Assembly (NCBI GenBank): GCA_965232845.1
Contig: OZ247428.1
Coordinates: 1,159,535 to 1,223,534, forward strand
From: Dehalococcoidia bacterium
GTDB lineage: Bacteria > Chloroflexota > Dehalococcoidia > Lucifugimonadales > UBA3495
DNA: 64,000 bases
Direction: 5' to 3'
How positions within the stretch are numbered: the first letter of the stretch is position 1; each line of letters opens with the position of its first letter. The position numbers were made by a program, and so were the translations under genes. Shown in pieces: positions 55,525 through 63,797 of this stretch. The notes beneath the pieces were generated by a model. The model ran no database searches, was not told where the DNA came from, and saw nothing but the letters and a program-made list of their open reading frames with translations.

Positions 55525-56670
55525 CTAATAGGATTGGAACAACTTCCCCCACTCGGTCTTAAGGGCTGAGTTGATGCGAGCCTTGCCATGGGTATTAAGC
55601 CAGTACCCATTGTGATATACGTTGGAGGCAAAGAACGCCCACGCCGCAATCGGACTCCTCAGCAAAAAGTTCTCGAGGAATTTCAAGGGGCCCCAGTAAA
55701 TCAGCTTCTGACCGCGGCTGGCAAAGGTGTTTTCCACACCCGAAAACCCCCAATTGACGCCGGCAATGTCCTCGCCCACCACGTCAATTTGCGACAGATC
55801 TCCACAACCGAGTCCCCGCTCGTGGGCCAGCCGGATAAACTTCAGGCTCATCGGGTCAAAGCCCATCATGTGAGCGGCCACGGCGTCAATAGCTACCTGG
55901 TCCGAACTGGCCAGGAACCGGTCCTTGATATGCCAGCGCATGGCGCGAGGGCCAGGCCCGTCACCGGCAAACGTTCCGTCCATAACTGCAAATAAGCCGG
56001 GGTGAATCTCTTGCTGAATCGCCAGCAGGTCCACCAAAGTCTCGTGAATCACAGAATGAGTCCAATGACGCTTGCGATGCAGCAGGCCGCCAAAAGCGTT
56101 CTTCATGGCGCCGGTCATAGTAGTAAAGACATGGGTCTTCATGGTAGGAAGCTGGATGATGTTCTTGCCTGGAAAAATCTCGGGTATCTGTATGCCTTCG
56201 GGAAATATGTCGTCCAGTACCAGCATCTCAGCCCGCGGCTTGTAATCAATCCACACATTCGGTGGTGTATCGAGATGGACCGTAGGCAAGTTGTACTTAT
56301 CCTGAACTGACTTGTGCTTGTTATTCTCCTCGCCCTCGAAAGAGTCCACCACCACCGTACCGTTGTGGGCGGCGATCAATTCCTGGTGTCCAAAGTCATG
56401 CAGTGCTCGAATTACACCTTCCAATTGCCAGGGAGTTGTGGAGCACCCCGGATACCAATGCTGCCAGGAGATGTTTATTTTCAGGAGGGTTGCCAACTCA
56501 GGCGAAAGAACGCGTTCCACTCCTGCCAAGGACATGGCCTTGCCTACGTCCTCCAAAACAGTCTCGGGCCTTGTAGCAACCACGGCCACCACTGAACGGC
56601 CAGCAGGTTTAGGTACCTCCGTCCTGTCTGCTGTCCCTGGAAGCGTTGTCAATTGTTGGGATTCCTGCAT
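55525..56670 (-). CDS. DUF362-like protein
   Basis: 381 aa. LLKINISWQHWYPGCSTTPWQLEGVIRALHDFG...LPTMKTHVFTTMTGAMKNAFGGL...VMDGTFAGDGPGP matches my recollection of the DUF362 pattern. I have not verified it. Confidence 0.6.
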   Translation of the reverse strand: MQESQQLTTLPGTADRTEVPKPAGRSVVAVVATRPETVLEDVGKAMSLAGVERVLSPELATLLKINISWQHWYPGCSTTPWQLEGVIRALHDFGHQELIAAHNGTVVVDSFEGEENNKHKSVQDKYNLPTVHLDTPPNVWIDYKPRAEMLVLDDIFPEGIQIPEIFPGKNIIQLPTMKTHVFTTMTGAMKNAFGGLLHRKRHWTHSVIHETLVDLLAIQQEIHPGLFAVMDGTFAGDGPGPRAMRWHIKDRFLASSDQVAIDAVAAHMMGFDPMSLKFIRLAHERGLGCGDLSQIDVVGEDIAGVNWGFSGVENTFASRGQKLIYWGPLKFLENFLLRSPIAAWAFFASNVYHNGYWLNTHGKARINSALKTEWGKLFQSY

Positions 56671-56699
56671 TGGATAACTCCGACTGAGTTGCCCTGTCT

Positions 56700-57653
56700 C
56701 TAGGGGCTACTGTTAAGCAGCAATATTGCGCCGGCTGTCGCCAGCCAGCCTACTACCGATAATACCATAGGCCAATCCCTGGCAATTAACAGCTCTGGGT
56801 ACTCAGCTTCCTCGCTGATGTGAACCAGGTAAAGGAACCGGAACAGTCCGAAGGCAACCAAGGGAATTGTGAGCAGCATCGCGTCGTTGTCCGGCAAGTT
56901 GGCGGCTTCTATCGTGTAAAGGGCATAACTTACCAGAGCAGTTCCAGCAGAGATATTCAGAAGCTGACCCAAGAATGCTGTTGGATAATCTCGCAAGACA
57001 GGTCTATGAAACTCGGGAGCTTCACCGGCCAGCCTGACCTCAGCGTAACGCCGGCCAATGACAATAAAGAGAGCCGCAGCGCCGGTAGTCGTGTAGAGCC
57101 AGGGAGAAGGGTCCACACCAATGACCAGCGCTCCAACGACTGTCCTGATAACGTACCCGCTGGCTACGAGCAGCACGTCCACCAGCACCAGTCGCTTGAG
57201 CCCCAACGAATAGGACAGGTTTATAACCAGATAAAGCAGCCCGATTCCACCCAACAGTGGCTGAACCACGAACAATACGCCCAGCCCAGCTATCAGGAGC
57301 ACACCAAGAGCAAACATTGCGACCGGGACACTCACTAGACCTGATGCCAGAGGCCGTGATCGCTTTACTGGATGATTGCGGTCTGCCTCCTTGTCCTGGA
57401 GGTCGTTAAATAAATAAACGGCGCCGGACAGGGCGCAAAACGCTGCCGCCGCTACCGCCACCTTTATCAGCAAGGCTGGCACGGCAGTTAGGTCTGAAAG
57501 CGACCAGGCCAGGTTGACCGCGAAGAGAAATGGGAGAAATACGAGGCCGTTCTTTATCCACTGTCGAGGACGCAGTGCACGGAATAATGGGAAGGGGCTA
57601 TAGGAAGAGACTTTGAAGAAGCCATCGCCGGGCAATTGCGGCGGCCTACCCAT
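56700..57653 (-). CDS. UbiA-family prenyltransferase, decaprenyl-phosphate phosphoribosyltransferase-like
   Basis: LRPRQWIKNGLVFLP...YLFNDLQDKEADRNHPVKRSRPLASG (NDxxDxxxD motif), with multiple TM helices. The start at Met40 of the track ORF gives an 8-nt overlap with the upstream gene. Confidence 0.8.
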   Translation of the reverse strand: MGRPPQLPGDGFFKVSSYSPFPLFRALRPRQWIKNGLVFLPFLFAVNLAWSLSDLTAVPALLIKVAVAAAAFCALSGAVYLFNDLQDKEADRNHPVKRSRPLASGLVSVPVAMFALGVLLIAGLGVLFVVQPLLGGIGLLYLVINLSYSLGLKRLVLVDVLLVASGYVIRTVVGALVIGVDPSPWLYTTTGAAALFIVIGRRYAEVRLAGEAPEFHRPVLRDYPTAFLGQLLNISAGTALVSYALYTIEAANLPDNDAMLLTIPLVAFGLFRFLYLVHISEEAEYPELLIARDWPMVLSVVGWLATAGAILLLNSSP

Positions 57654-58644
57654 TGCTTTGGCCCTCGCTGCTGGTTTCAATGGCCGTTCCGCCGGCAAAG
57701 GTTTCATGGCCAGCACCGACTTCCTTCCCTGGTACCAGCCAGTGCAAGCAAGCCCACGCTGCAAACCCAATGACTACGGCGAACCACAAAGTCGCTACGC
57801 GTACCAGCAGAGTACCTGCCGCGGCCACGTCCCGTTCCGCACCTGCTTGCTGAAGGAGAGCTACCATAGCCCCTTCGGTCCCTACCAAGCCGCCAGGCAG
57901 TGTCGTGGCTGCTCCTACCAGTACCGAGCCGGCATAAATGGGCAAGGACAAGAGCAGGGTGACATCTGCGCCAAGGCCCTCCAGAATTACCCACAGGGCT
58001 ATGCCCTCGCTTACCCACGCCAGCAAGGCCAGGACAGTAGCCACCAGAAGCGGCCACGGCCGGGACAACTCCCGGATAGCCTGTTTTGCCTCGCGTATTT
58101 CCCCTACCCAGCGCCGAACTAAGCGCCAGCCAAGTACTCGATCTGTATGTCTTGTAGTAAGCAAGTAAACCAGGGCTCCCACCCCTGCCAGGATAACCGC
58201 CAGAACTACTGAGACAGACGTGGGCACAAGAGCAAGGCCAACTAACCCCATGAGCGCAACCGAAGCCAGATCGGTCAGGCGCTCCATCAACACTACGGGA
58301 GCAGAGGAGGAAACCGCTACACCGGCCCGGTCCCTGAGCGTGTAACTTTTGACCAATTCTCCCACTTTCCCTGGCGTAATGGTCATGGCCAGACCGATCA
58401 GGAACGTAAGACTACTTAAGTGAAAGGGGACGGCCAAGTTAAGAATCCTCAGGTAATAAGCCCAACGAAGAAACCGCAACAAATAGTTGACCAGTGCGAG
58501 CCCAAAGGCCAGACCCAAATGCGTCAAAGGAAGATCTGCCAGGTGTTTCCAGACTTCCCGAAAGTCACCGTAGCCCGCGACACCTGCAAATACGAGACAG
58601 GTTAAGGCCAAAATCAGGAGCAGCTTCTTGCCGCGATTGCCCAC
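57646..58644 (-). CDS. UPF0104 / lysylphosphatidylglycerol-synthase-TM-like (flippase-like) membrane protein
   Basis: 332 aa and polytopic. LVNYLLRFLRWAYYLRILNL...TPGKVGELVKSYTLR. Confidence 0.7.
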   Translation of the reverse strand: MGNRGKKLLLILALTCLVFAGVAGYGDFREVWKHLADLPLTHLGLAFGLALVNYLLRFLRWAYYLRILNLAVPFHLSSLTFLIGLAMTITPGKVGELVKSYTLRDRAGVAVSSSAPVVLMERLTDLASVALMGLVGLALVPTSVSVVLAVILAGVGALVYLLTTRHTDRVLGWRLVRRWVGEIREAKQAIRELSRPWPLLVATVLALLAWVSEGIALWVILEGLGADVTLLLSLPIYAGSVLVGAATTLPGGLVGTEGAMVALLQQAGAERDVAAAGTLLVRVATLWFAVVIGFAAWACLHWLVPGKEVGAGHETFAGGTAIETSSEGQSNG

Positions 58645-58645
58645 G

Positions 58646-59398
58646 CTATTTGCCCATTTGGTTTATTTGGGCTGCCAGGTATCCGGCGCCAAATCCGTTA
58701 TCAATGTTTACCGTAGCTACTCCGGGAGCACAACTGTTAAGCATGCCGAGCAATGCGGAAAGGCCTTCATAACTGGCGCCGTAACCCACGCTGGTTGGTA
58801 CAGCTACCACAGGGGCCGATACCAGGCCCGCGACCACGCTGGCCAATGCTGCCTCCATACCGGCCACCACTACTATTATCCGCGCCTCGCGTAATCGGTC
58901 CAATGAGGCAAGAAGCCGATGCAAACCCGCGACACCCACATCACTTATTCTCTCGGGCGGACTACCCATCAATCTTGCCGTCAACGCTGCTTCTTCGGCA
59001 ACCGGCAAGTCGGCAGTGCCACCCGTAACTATCGTGACACCTTCGCGCACCTTCAACTGATTGTCTCCAGGAACCTCTATGGCTCCTGCCAGACTATGGT
59101 AGATAGCCGCTGACATCACACCGGCAACTGCATTAAATGATTCTTGATCGGCCTTGGTGACCAGCACCGGAGACCCCCGGCCGGCCAGGGACTGGACAAT
59201 ACTGGCTATTTGTTGCGGTGACTTACCGCGCCCAAGCACCACTTCCGGGAATCCGGTTCGCAGCGGACGATGATGATCGATCTTGGCAAAATCAAGATCT
59301 TGATAGGGATAGTCCCGCAGGTATTCCAGCATGTCGTCAACGCTGAGGTCGCCTCTCCTTAGCTCTTCAAGGCGTCGGCGTAATTCGGAAGTAGTCAT
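58646..59398 (-). CDS. larB: Nickel-pincer cofactor biosynthesis protein LarB (PurE-like carboxylase/hydrolase)
   Basis: DLDFAKIDHHRPLRTGFPEVVLGRGKSPQQI...VTGGTADLPVAEEAALTARLMG...VVVAGMEAALASVVAGLV..VVAVPTSVGYG...LNSCAPGVATVNIDNGFGAG. Confidence 0.85.
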   Translation of the reverse strand: MTTSELRRRLEELRRGDLSVDDMLEYLRDYPYQDLDFAKIDHHRPLRTGFPEVVLGRGKSPQQIASIVQSLAGRGSPVLVTKADQESFNAVAGVMSAAIYHSLAGAIEVPGDNQLKVREGVTIVTGGTADLPVAEEAALTARLMGSPPERISDVGVAGLHRLLASLDRLREARIIVVVAGMEAALASVVAGLVSAPVVAVPTSVGYGASYEGLSALLGMLNSCAPGVATVNIDNGFGAGYLAAQINQMGK

Positions 59399-59513
59399 GT
59401 GACCAAGAATTCCTACCTAAAATGAGAAAGGATTCTGGGAAATGATAGGCAGCGCAATTAAAAAGCGTCAAGGAGAGTGGGCCAGAGATTCTCGGCGTAC
59501 TGACCGACGGCCG

Positions 59514-60275
59514 TTAAGAGCTTTGGGCAACGAGCTTGGGGAGGACTGCTTTCTCTATAGCAACCGCCAAGCCGTCTTCCTCCACGGGAGGCGCCACGTA
59601 ATCAGCCAACGATTTCATCTCAGGCGGTGCGGAGGCCATTGCGATTCGATAACCGGCGACTTCCAACATCGGCAAGTCGTTAAAGCTGTCCCCAGCGGCG
59701 ATAAAGAGCCTCGGATCAGTGGAAAGAATACTGGCCAGTTGCTGGGCAGCTTTTCCCTTGTGAACGCCAGCCGCCGTAAAGTCCACAGCCCACCAACCAT
59801 TGTAATGCAGGTAGACTTTGACGACGTTGAGATCAGGTTCAGCAGAAAAAATTGAGGCCAGTTCATCAGCGTCGGATGAGGAAATATCCAAGGCCGATAT
59901 CCTTGTCAGGTCCCAATGCTGGATTTGATCCCTGCTGTTGGCGTCACCTTCCGGGTGGGTGGCGATAAACTCGATTCCCCGCTCGGCTATCAGCTCAATT
60001 ATGCTTTGGGCCCGAACTTCAGGCAGATGGCTGTTCCAGATCAACTTCCCACTGACTGGATCCAACAGAGTGGCGCCTCCGTTGCAGATCTGGGGCGCTG
60101 AAAGATTGAGTTGCCGAGCGTATTCGATGAGGTCCGATGCTCGGCGGCCAGTAGCGATAGACACTGGGATATACCGGGAAACTTCGCCGACGGCCTTAAC
60201 GACTCTCGGCGATATAGTGTCCGTGACCATCAGGGTCCCATCCAGGTCGACCAGCATCGCGGAAAACGATGTCAT
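59514..60275 (-). CDS. HAD-superfamily hydrolase, Cof / IIB subtype
   Basis: MLVDLDGTL (DxDGT motif) ... ATGR ... AAGDSFNDLPML. Confidence 0.8.
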   Translation of the reverse strand: MTSFSAMLVDLDGTLMVTDTISPRVVKAVGEVSRYIPVSIATGRRASDLIEYARQLNLSAPQICNGGATLLDPVSGKLIWNSHLPEVRAQSIIELIAERGIEFIATHPEGDANSRDQIQHWDLTRISALDISSSDADELASIFSAEPDLNVVKVYLHYNGWWAVDFTAAGVHKGKAAQQLASILSTDPRLFIAAGDSFNDLPMLEVAGYRIAMASAPPEMKSLADYVAPPVEEDGLAVAIEKAVLPKLVAQSS

Positions 60276-60367
60276 GTAATTGCTCTCGCCACCTCTGATA
60301 ATCTACCGCTGTACTAAAGAAATAACTCCAGACACCTGTTTTTTTTCGGCCCAGACTCGGACAGGCA

Positions 60368-60757
60368 CTAAGTGGTCTCTCGCGCTTCTCTTTCAGCTTC
60401 AACTTGGGCACGCTGTTGTTCCCTAAGCGCAGAATACATCGCCCCCATAGTGCTCATGCTGCCCGTGTAGAGGGTGAATATACCCGCACCAAGCCAGGCC
60501 AGGACCTTAACTCGAGTGTCTTCAAACAGAGCAGTGACCGTAAACGCCATTATCACCAGAATCATCGCCATGGCGAGGCCCAAAAGCGAACCAAAAATCA
60601 GCCCGTGCAACGCGTAATGCCGTCCTGGATTGGGGGCGTACTGAATGCCCCAATAGCCGGCGAAGAAGGGTCCGGCAGGAGCCAGAACGAAGTGCGCAAT
60701 CGGTATCAGGAAACATCCTACGATAATGGCCAGCCCGACCAGCACTCCCACTAGCAT
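60368..60757 (-). CDS. Hypothetical small membrane protein
   Basis: 129 aa with four hydrophobic segments and a charged C-terminal tail REQQRAQVEAEREARETT. Confidence 0.5.
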   Translation of the reverse strand: MLVGVLVGLAIIVGCFLIPIAHFVLAPAGPFFAGYWGIQYAPNPGRHYALHGLIFGSLLGLAMAMILVIMAFTVTALFEDTRVKVLAWLGAGIFTLYTGSMSTMGAMYSALREQQRAQVEAEREARETT

Positions 60758-60858
60758 TTCAACCTCGGGGTTATCATCTCTCGGTTAGCGGGGCTGATTC
60801 TAGCACAGCCATCGGAGTTTGTGATGCAATATTTTCCCTTTCACGTTGTACCAGTTGG

Positions 60859-60867
60859 TGCTATAAT
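60859..60867 (+). promoter_or_regulatory. Extended -10 promoter element TGCTATAAT upstream of the Rrf2 gene
   Basis: TGnTATAAT at 60859-60867, 34 nt upstream of ATG 60901. It is the same 9-mer as at 16360. Confidence 0.4.
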
Positions 60868-60900
60868 TTGTGATGTTGTTGCGGTTTGGAGGTAAACGTC

Positions 60901-61329
60901 ATGAGAATCCCGATGAAAGTGGACTATGGCGTCCGGGCCCTGGTAGAGTTGGCAATGCACCACGGTAATGGTCCGGTGCAGACCTCTGAAATCGCCTCCA
61001 AGCAGGGCATTCCCGAGTCCTATCTGGTCCAGCTTATGTCCACTCTGAACCACTGCGGCTACGTTCAGAGTCGTCGCGGGCCCCAGGGCGGCCATTCGTT
61101 AGCAATGGAGCCCTCCGACATAAACTTACACATGATAATGACTACGCTGGACGGCAACAGTTCTCCCCTGGACTGCTTGACCTATGTTACGGACTGTATT
61201 TTTGCAGATTCGTGCGCCCAGCAGGAAATCTGGAAGTCCGTCGAAGAAGCAATTGAAAGTGTGCTGGCCAACATTACTCTTGAACATCTGGCCAGGCGCC
61301 AGGAGTACCTCTCCGCACAGAGCGTATAG
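60901..61329 (+). CDS. Rrf2-family transcriptional regulator (IscR/CymR-like)
   Basis: MRIPMKVDYGVRALVELAMHHGNGPVQTSEIASKQGIPESYLVQLMSTLNHCGYVQSRRGPQGGHSLA. GGAGG lies at 60888-60892. Confidence 0.85.
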   Translation: MRIPMKVDYGVRALVELAMHHGNGPVQTSEIASKQGIPESYLVQLMSTLNHCGYVQSRRGPQGGHSLAMEPSDINLHMIMTTLDGNSSPLDCLTYVTDCIFADSCAQQEIWKSVEEAIESVLANITLEHLARRQEYLSAQSV

Positions 61330-61403
61330 TTTTTAGGGGCGTTCTCCGGAACGTCTTAGCCCAGTCTATAGAGGCACCTGTACTTTCTAATGCTCCAGCT
61401 TTC

Positions 61404-61432
61404 TTGACAACCCATTGCCCCAAAGCTAGAAT
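61404..61432 (+). promoter_or_regulatory. Sigma-70-type promoter TTGACA-17 nt-TAGAAT
   Basis: TTGACA at 61404-61409, a 17-nt spacer, then TAGAAT at 61427-61432. The predicted start is near 61439-61440. Confidence 0.6.
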
Positions 61433-61443
61433 CCAGCCAGACG

Positions 61444-61497
61444 ATGAACCAGCACGAGTTAGAACAGAAACAGAATTGCACCTGTCCCCTTACATAG
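61444..61497 (+). CDS. Candidate 17-aa leader peptide MNQHELEQKQNCTCPLT
   Basis: ATG lies about 5 nt after the predicted transcription start, so there is no SD (effectively leaderless). Cys codons are at 61477-61479 and 61483-61485. The TAG stop lies in the loop of the first hairpin. Confidence 0.3.
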   Translation: MNQHELEQKQNCTCPLT

Positions 61498-61523
61498 GGG
61501 GTAGGCTTTCAACAGATACAGGA

Positions 61524-61574
61524 GCCTGCACCCGCCCAAAGTGGGCGACCCTTAATGGGTGCGGGCTTTTTCTT
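61524..61574 (+). terminator. Intrinsic terminator of the leader transcript
   Basis: GCCTGCACCC (61524-61533) pairs with GGGTGCGGGC (61557-61566) over 10 bp, including one G-U. An inner mini-hairpin is CGCCCA-aag-TGGGCG. The tract TTTTTCTT follows. Confidence 0.65.
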
Positions 61575-61704
61575 CGCCTTAATGCAAGAGCATGCCTATA
61601 TTCGATAAGCATGTGATACTACGGGACACATTGGCAGACTCATACCAGGTTGGCCACCCAATACCAAACTGGCCGAACCGCAACTATAGGAGGAACAAGT
61701 CCTT

Positions 61705-62547
61705 ATGACTCAACAACCTCTCGCCCTTACGCCCGAACAAGTCAAGCGCTATAGCCGGCATATCATCATGGGTGACGTCGGCAGTGCGGGACAACGAAAA
61801 CTGATGCAATCGAAGGCCTTGATAGTGGGAGCCGGTGGCCTGGGTTCCCCTTCCGCTATCTATCTGGCGCTGGCCGGCGTAGGAACGGTAGGCATTGTGG
61901 ACTTCGACGTCGTGGAAATATCCAATCTGCAACGCCAGATCCTGCACCACTCCAGCGATATTGGCCGGCCCAAGCTTCAGTCGGCCATCGACAACATCCA
62001 CGCCTACAATCCTGACGTGAATGTGGTTCCCCACGAAGTAAGGCTTGAGTCCGACAACGCCATGGAGATCATCAGCCAGTACGACCTGGTGATTAATGGC
62101 GCGGACAATTTCGCTACCAGGTATCTGGTTAACGATGCCTGCTATTTGCTGAACAAGCCGTTGGTCGATGGAAGCATACTCATCTTTGACGGCCAGTCTA
62201 CGGTGTTCTTGCCCGGTCAGGGCTGCTACCGGTGCCTCTTCCCGTCGCCGCCCCCTCCAGGTATGGTTCCCAACTGTGCCGAGGCCGGCGTGTTGGGCGC
62301 GCTTACCGGACTGGTGGGCAGCATCCAGGCAACCGAGGCACTCAAGTACTTCCTGGGCATCGGTGAAAGCCTGTGCTCCAGGCTGCTGCTGATCGATGCA
62401 TTGAGCATGACGTTCCGCGAGGTCAAATTGAAGCGGAATCCGGCGTGCCCACTCTGCGGTGACAACCCGACAGTCACAGAATTGATAGATTACGAGATAT
62501 TCTGCGGTGTGGCTGCCCTGGAAGCGGCCGGCGTCGCCGACAACTAA
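61705..62547 (+). CDS. MoeB/ThiF-family E1-like adenylyltransferase (no rhodanese domain)
   Basis: RYSRHIIMGDVGSAGQRKLMQSKALIVGAGGLGSPSAIYLALAGVG...ISNLQRQILH, with Zn-site CxxC pairs CYRC and CPLC. A GGAGG RBS is present. Confidence 0.85.
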   Translation: MTQQPLALTPEQVKRYSRHIIMGDVGSAGQRKLMQSKALIVGAGGLGSPSAIYLALAGVGTVGIVDFDVVEISNLQRQILHHSSDIGRPKLQSAIDNIHAYNPDVNVVPHEVRLESDNAMEIISQYDLVINGADNFATRYLVNDACYLLNKPLVDGSILIFDGQSTVFLPGQGCYRCLFPSPPPPGMVPNCAEAGVLGALTGLVGSIQATEALKYFLGIGESLCSRLLLIDALSMTFREVKLKRNPACPLCGDNPTVTELIDYEIFCGVAALEAAGVADN

Positions 62548-62601
62548 GGCGAAGAGATAACAACCCGAACGCGGCGATATAGGCAGGTTTAGGCGAAGAT
62601 T

Positions 62602-63552
62602 ATGGGTTGTCGGCGGGCATACAAGGGTATTCTGGAGACCATTGGCAACACACCAATGGTGGAATTGCAATGGCTTAGCCCCAAACCAGAAGTACGTATA
62701 TTCGCCAAACTGGAAGGGCAGAACCCCACAGGGAGTGTCAAAGATCGCATTGCCCTGAACATGATTGAGCGGGCTGAGGCGAACGGTGAAGTCTCTTCCA
62801 ACCGGACTATCCTTGAGCCTACCAGTGGGAACACTGGCATTTCTCTGGCCATGATCGGAATGCTAAAGGGATACAAAGTAACGGTGGTCATGCCCGAGAA
62901 TGTGAGCGAAGAACGAAGTCAACTGCTCCATGCTTACGGCGCCGAGATCATTTTTTCTGACGGGGAGAAAGGAAGCAACGGGTCTATAGAGGTTGCCCAG
63001 GATTTGGCAGAGAAAAACCCACATGACTACGTGATGATGTACCAGTACGGAAATAGTGGGAACCCTGACGCCCACTATGAAACCACCGGGCCGGAGATAA
63101 TAGAAGCTGTTCCTGACGTGGATACTTTCGTGGCCGGCCTTGGCACCGGCGGCACCCTTATGGGCGTGGCACGCAGCCTGCGGGAACACAGGTCCGACGT
63201 GAGAATCGTCGCCGTAGCCCCTGAACCTGACGACTTCATTTCGGGGTTGCGACGCCTGGAAGATGGGTATATACCCCCTATTTTGGATATCAACATGCTG
63301 GATGCCAGGCTACTGGTGGGCAGCTATCCAGCATTCCGCACCACCAAGGAGCTGTTGCACAAGGAAGGGATATTCGCCGGCATTTCGTCAGGGTCAGTGG
63401 TGCACGGTGCCATCCGCCAGGCAGAACGCATGGAGAACGGTAATATCGTGTGCCTCCTGGCCGATGGCGGATGGAAATACCTTAGCACTAGCCTTTGGAC
63501 CAAGGACTATGAGCAACTGGAGGAGGAAGTGCAGGGGAAGATTTGGTGGTAA
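62602..63552 (+). CDS. PLP-dependent cysteine synthase (CysK/CysM family)
   Basis: IGNTPMVEL...EGQNPTGSVKDRIALNMIE...EPTSGNTGISLA...GTGGT. Confidence 0.85.
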   Translation: MGCRRAYKGILETIGNTPMVELQWLSPKPEVRIFAKLEGQNPTGSVKDRIALNMIERAEANGEVSSNRTILEPTSGNTGISLAMIGMLKGYKVTVVMPENVSEERSQLLHAYGAEIIFSDGEKGSNGSIEVAQDLAEKNPHDYVMMYQYGNSGNPDAHYETTGPEIIEAVPDVDTFVAGLGTGGTLMGVARSLREHRSDVRIVAVAPEPDDFISGLRRLEDGYIPPILDINMLDARLLVGSYPAFRTTKELLHKEGIFAGISSGSVVHGAIRQAERMENGNIVCLLADGGWKYLSTSLWTKDYEQLEEEVQGKIWW

Positions 63553-63636
63553 GCTCCTTCGGCCCACATGCCACAAGGCTAAACTGAGGTCTGACGGCTC
63601 TCTCAAGGGTCTGTATAGCAGGAATTAGACTGATAA

Positions 63637-63674
63637 ACAGGTGCGGATAGGTATCCCGCACCTGTTTTGCTTTT
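63637..63674 (+). terminator. Intrinsic terminator after the cysteine synthase gene
   Basis: ACAGGTGCGG (63637-63646), a 9-nt loop, then CCGCACCTGT (63656-63665), followed by TTTTGCTTTT. Confidence 0.6.
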
Positions 63675-63768
63675 CAGGTTACAACGTTGGTATTCCTGCC
63701 CCACAGACAGAAGAGAACTAACCGAACCGACGGCAAGGTCTGGGGGCTATGCCAGGCCAGGCTCCAAG

Positions 63769-63797
63769 TTGAAAGCAATTGGGGTCAATGTTATACT
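63769..63797 (+). promoter_or_regulatory. Sigma-70-type promoter TTGAAA-17 nt-TATACT upstream of nusA
   Basis: TTGAAA at 63769-63774, a 17-nt spacer, then TATACT at 63792-63797. Confidence 0.45.

Noticed and set aside
61440-61600. T-box, SAM-I or other known riboswitch in the cysteine-gene leader
   Set aside because: I could not find the T-box core (AGGGUGGNACCGCG), a specifier-loop architecture or SAM-I conserved junction sequences. The leader is only ~135 nt. This still needs a covariance-model scan.
9367-62670. Long antisense ORFs opposite well-supported genes (9367..10317, 11933..13048, 15395..16297, 21016..21603, 26864..27700, 34088..35074, 38340..39152, 46428..47249, 54358..54888, 61684..62670)
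   Set aside because: Each is fully embedded opposite a gene with clear family signatures. Each has Arg/Gly/Pro-rich low-complexity composition. This is the expected shadow-ORF phenomenon at this GC content.
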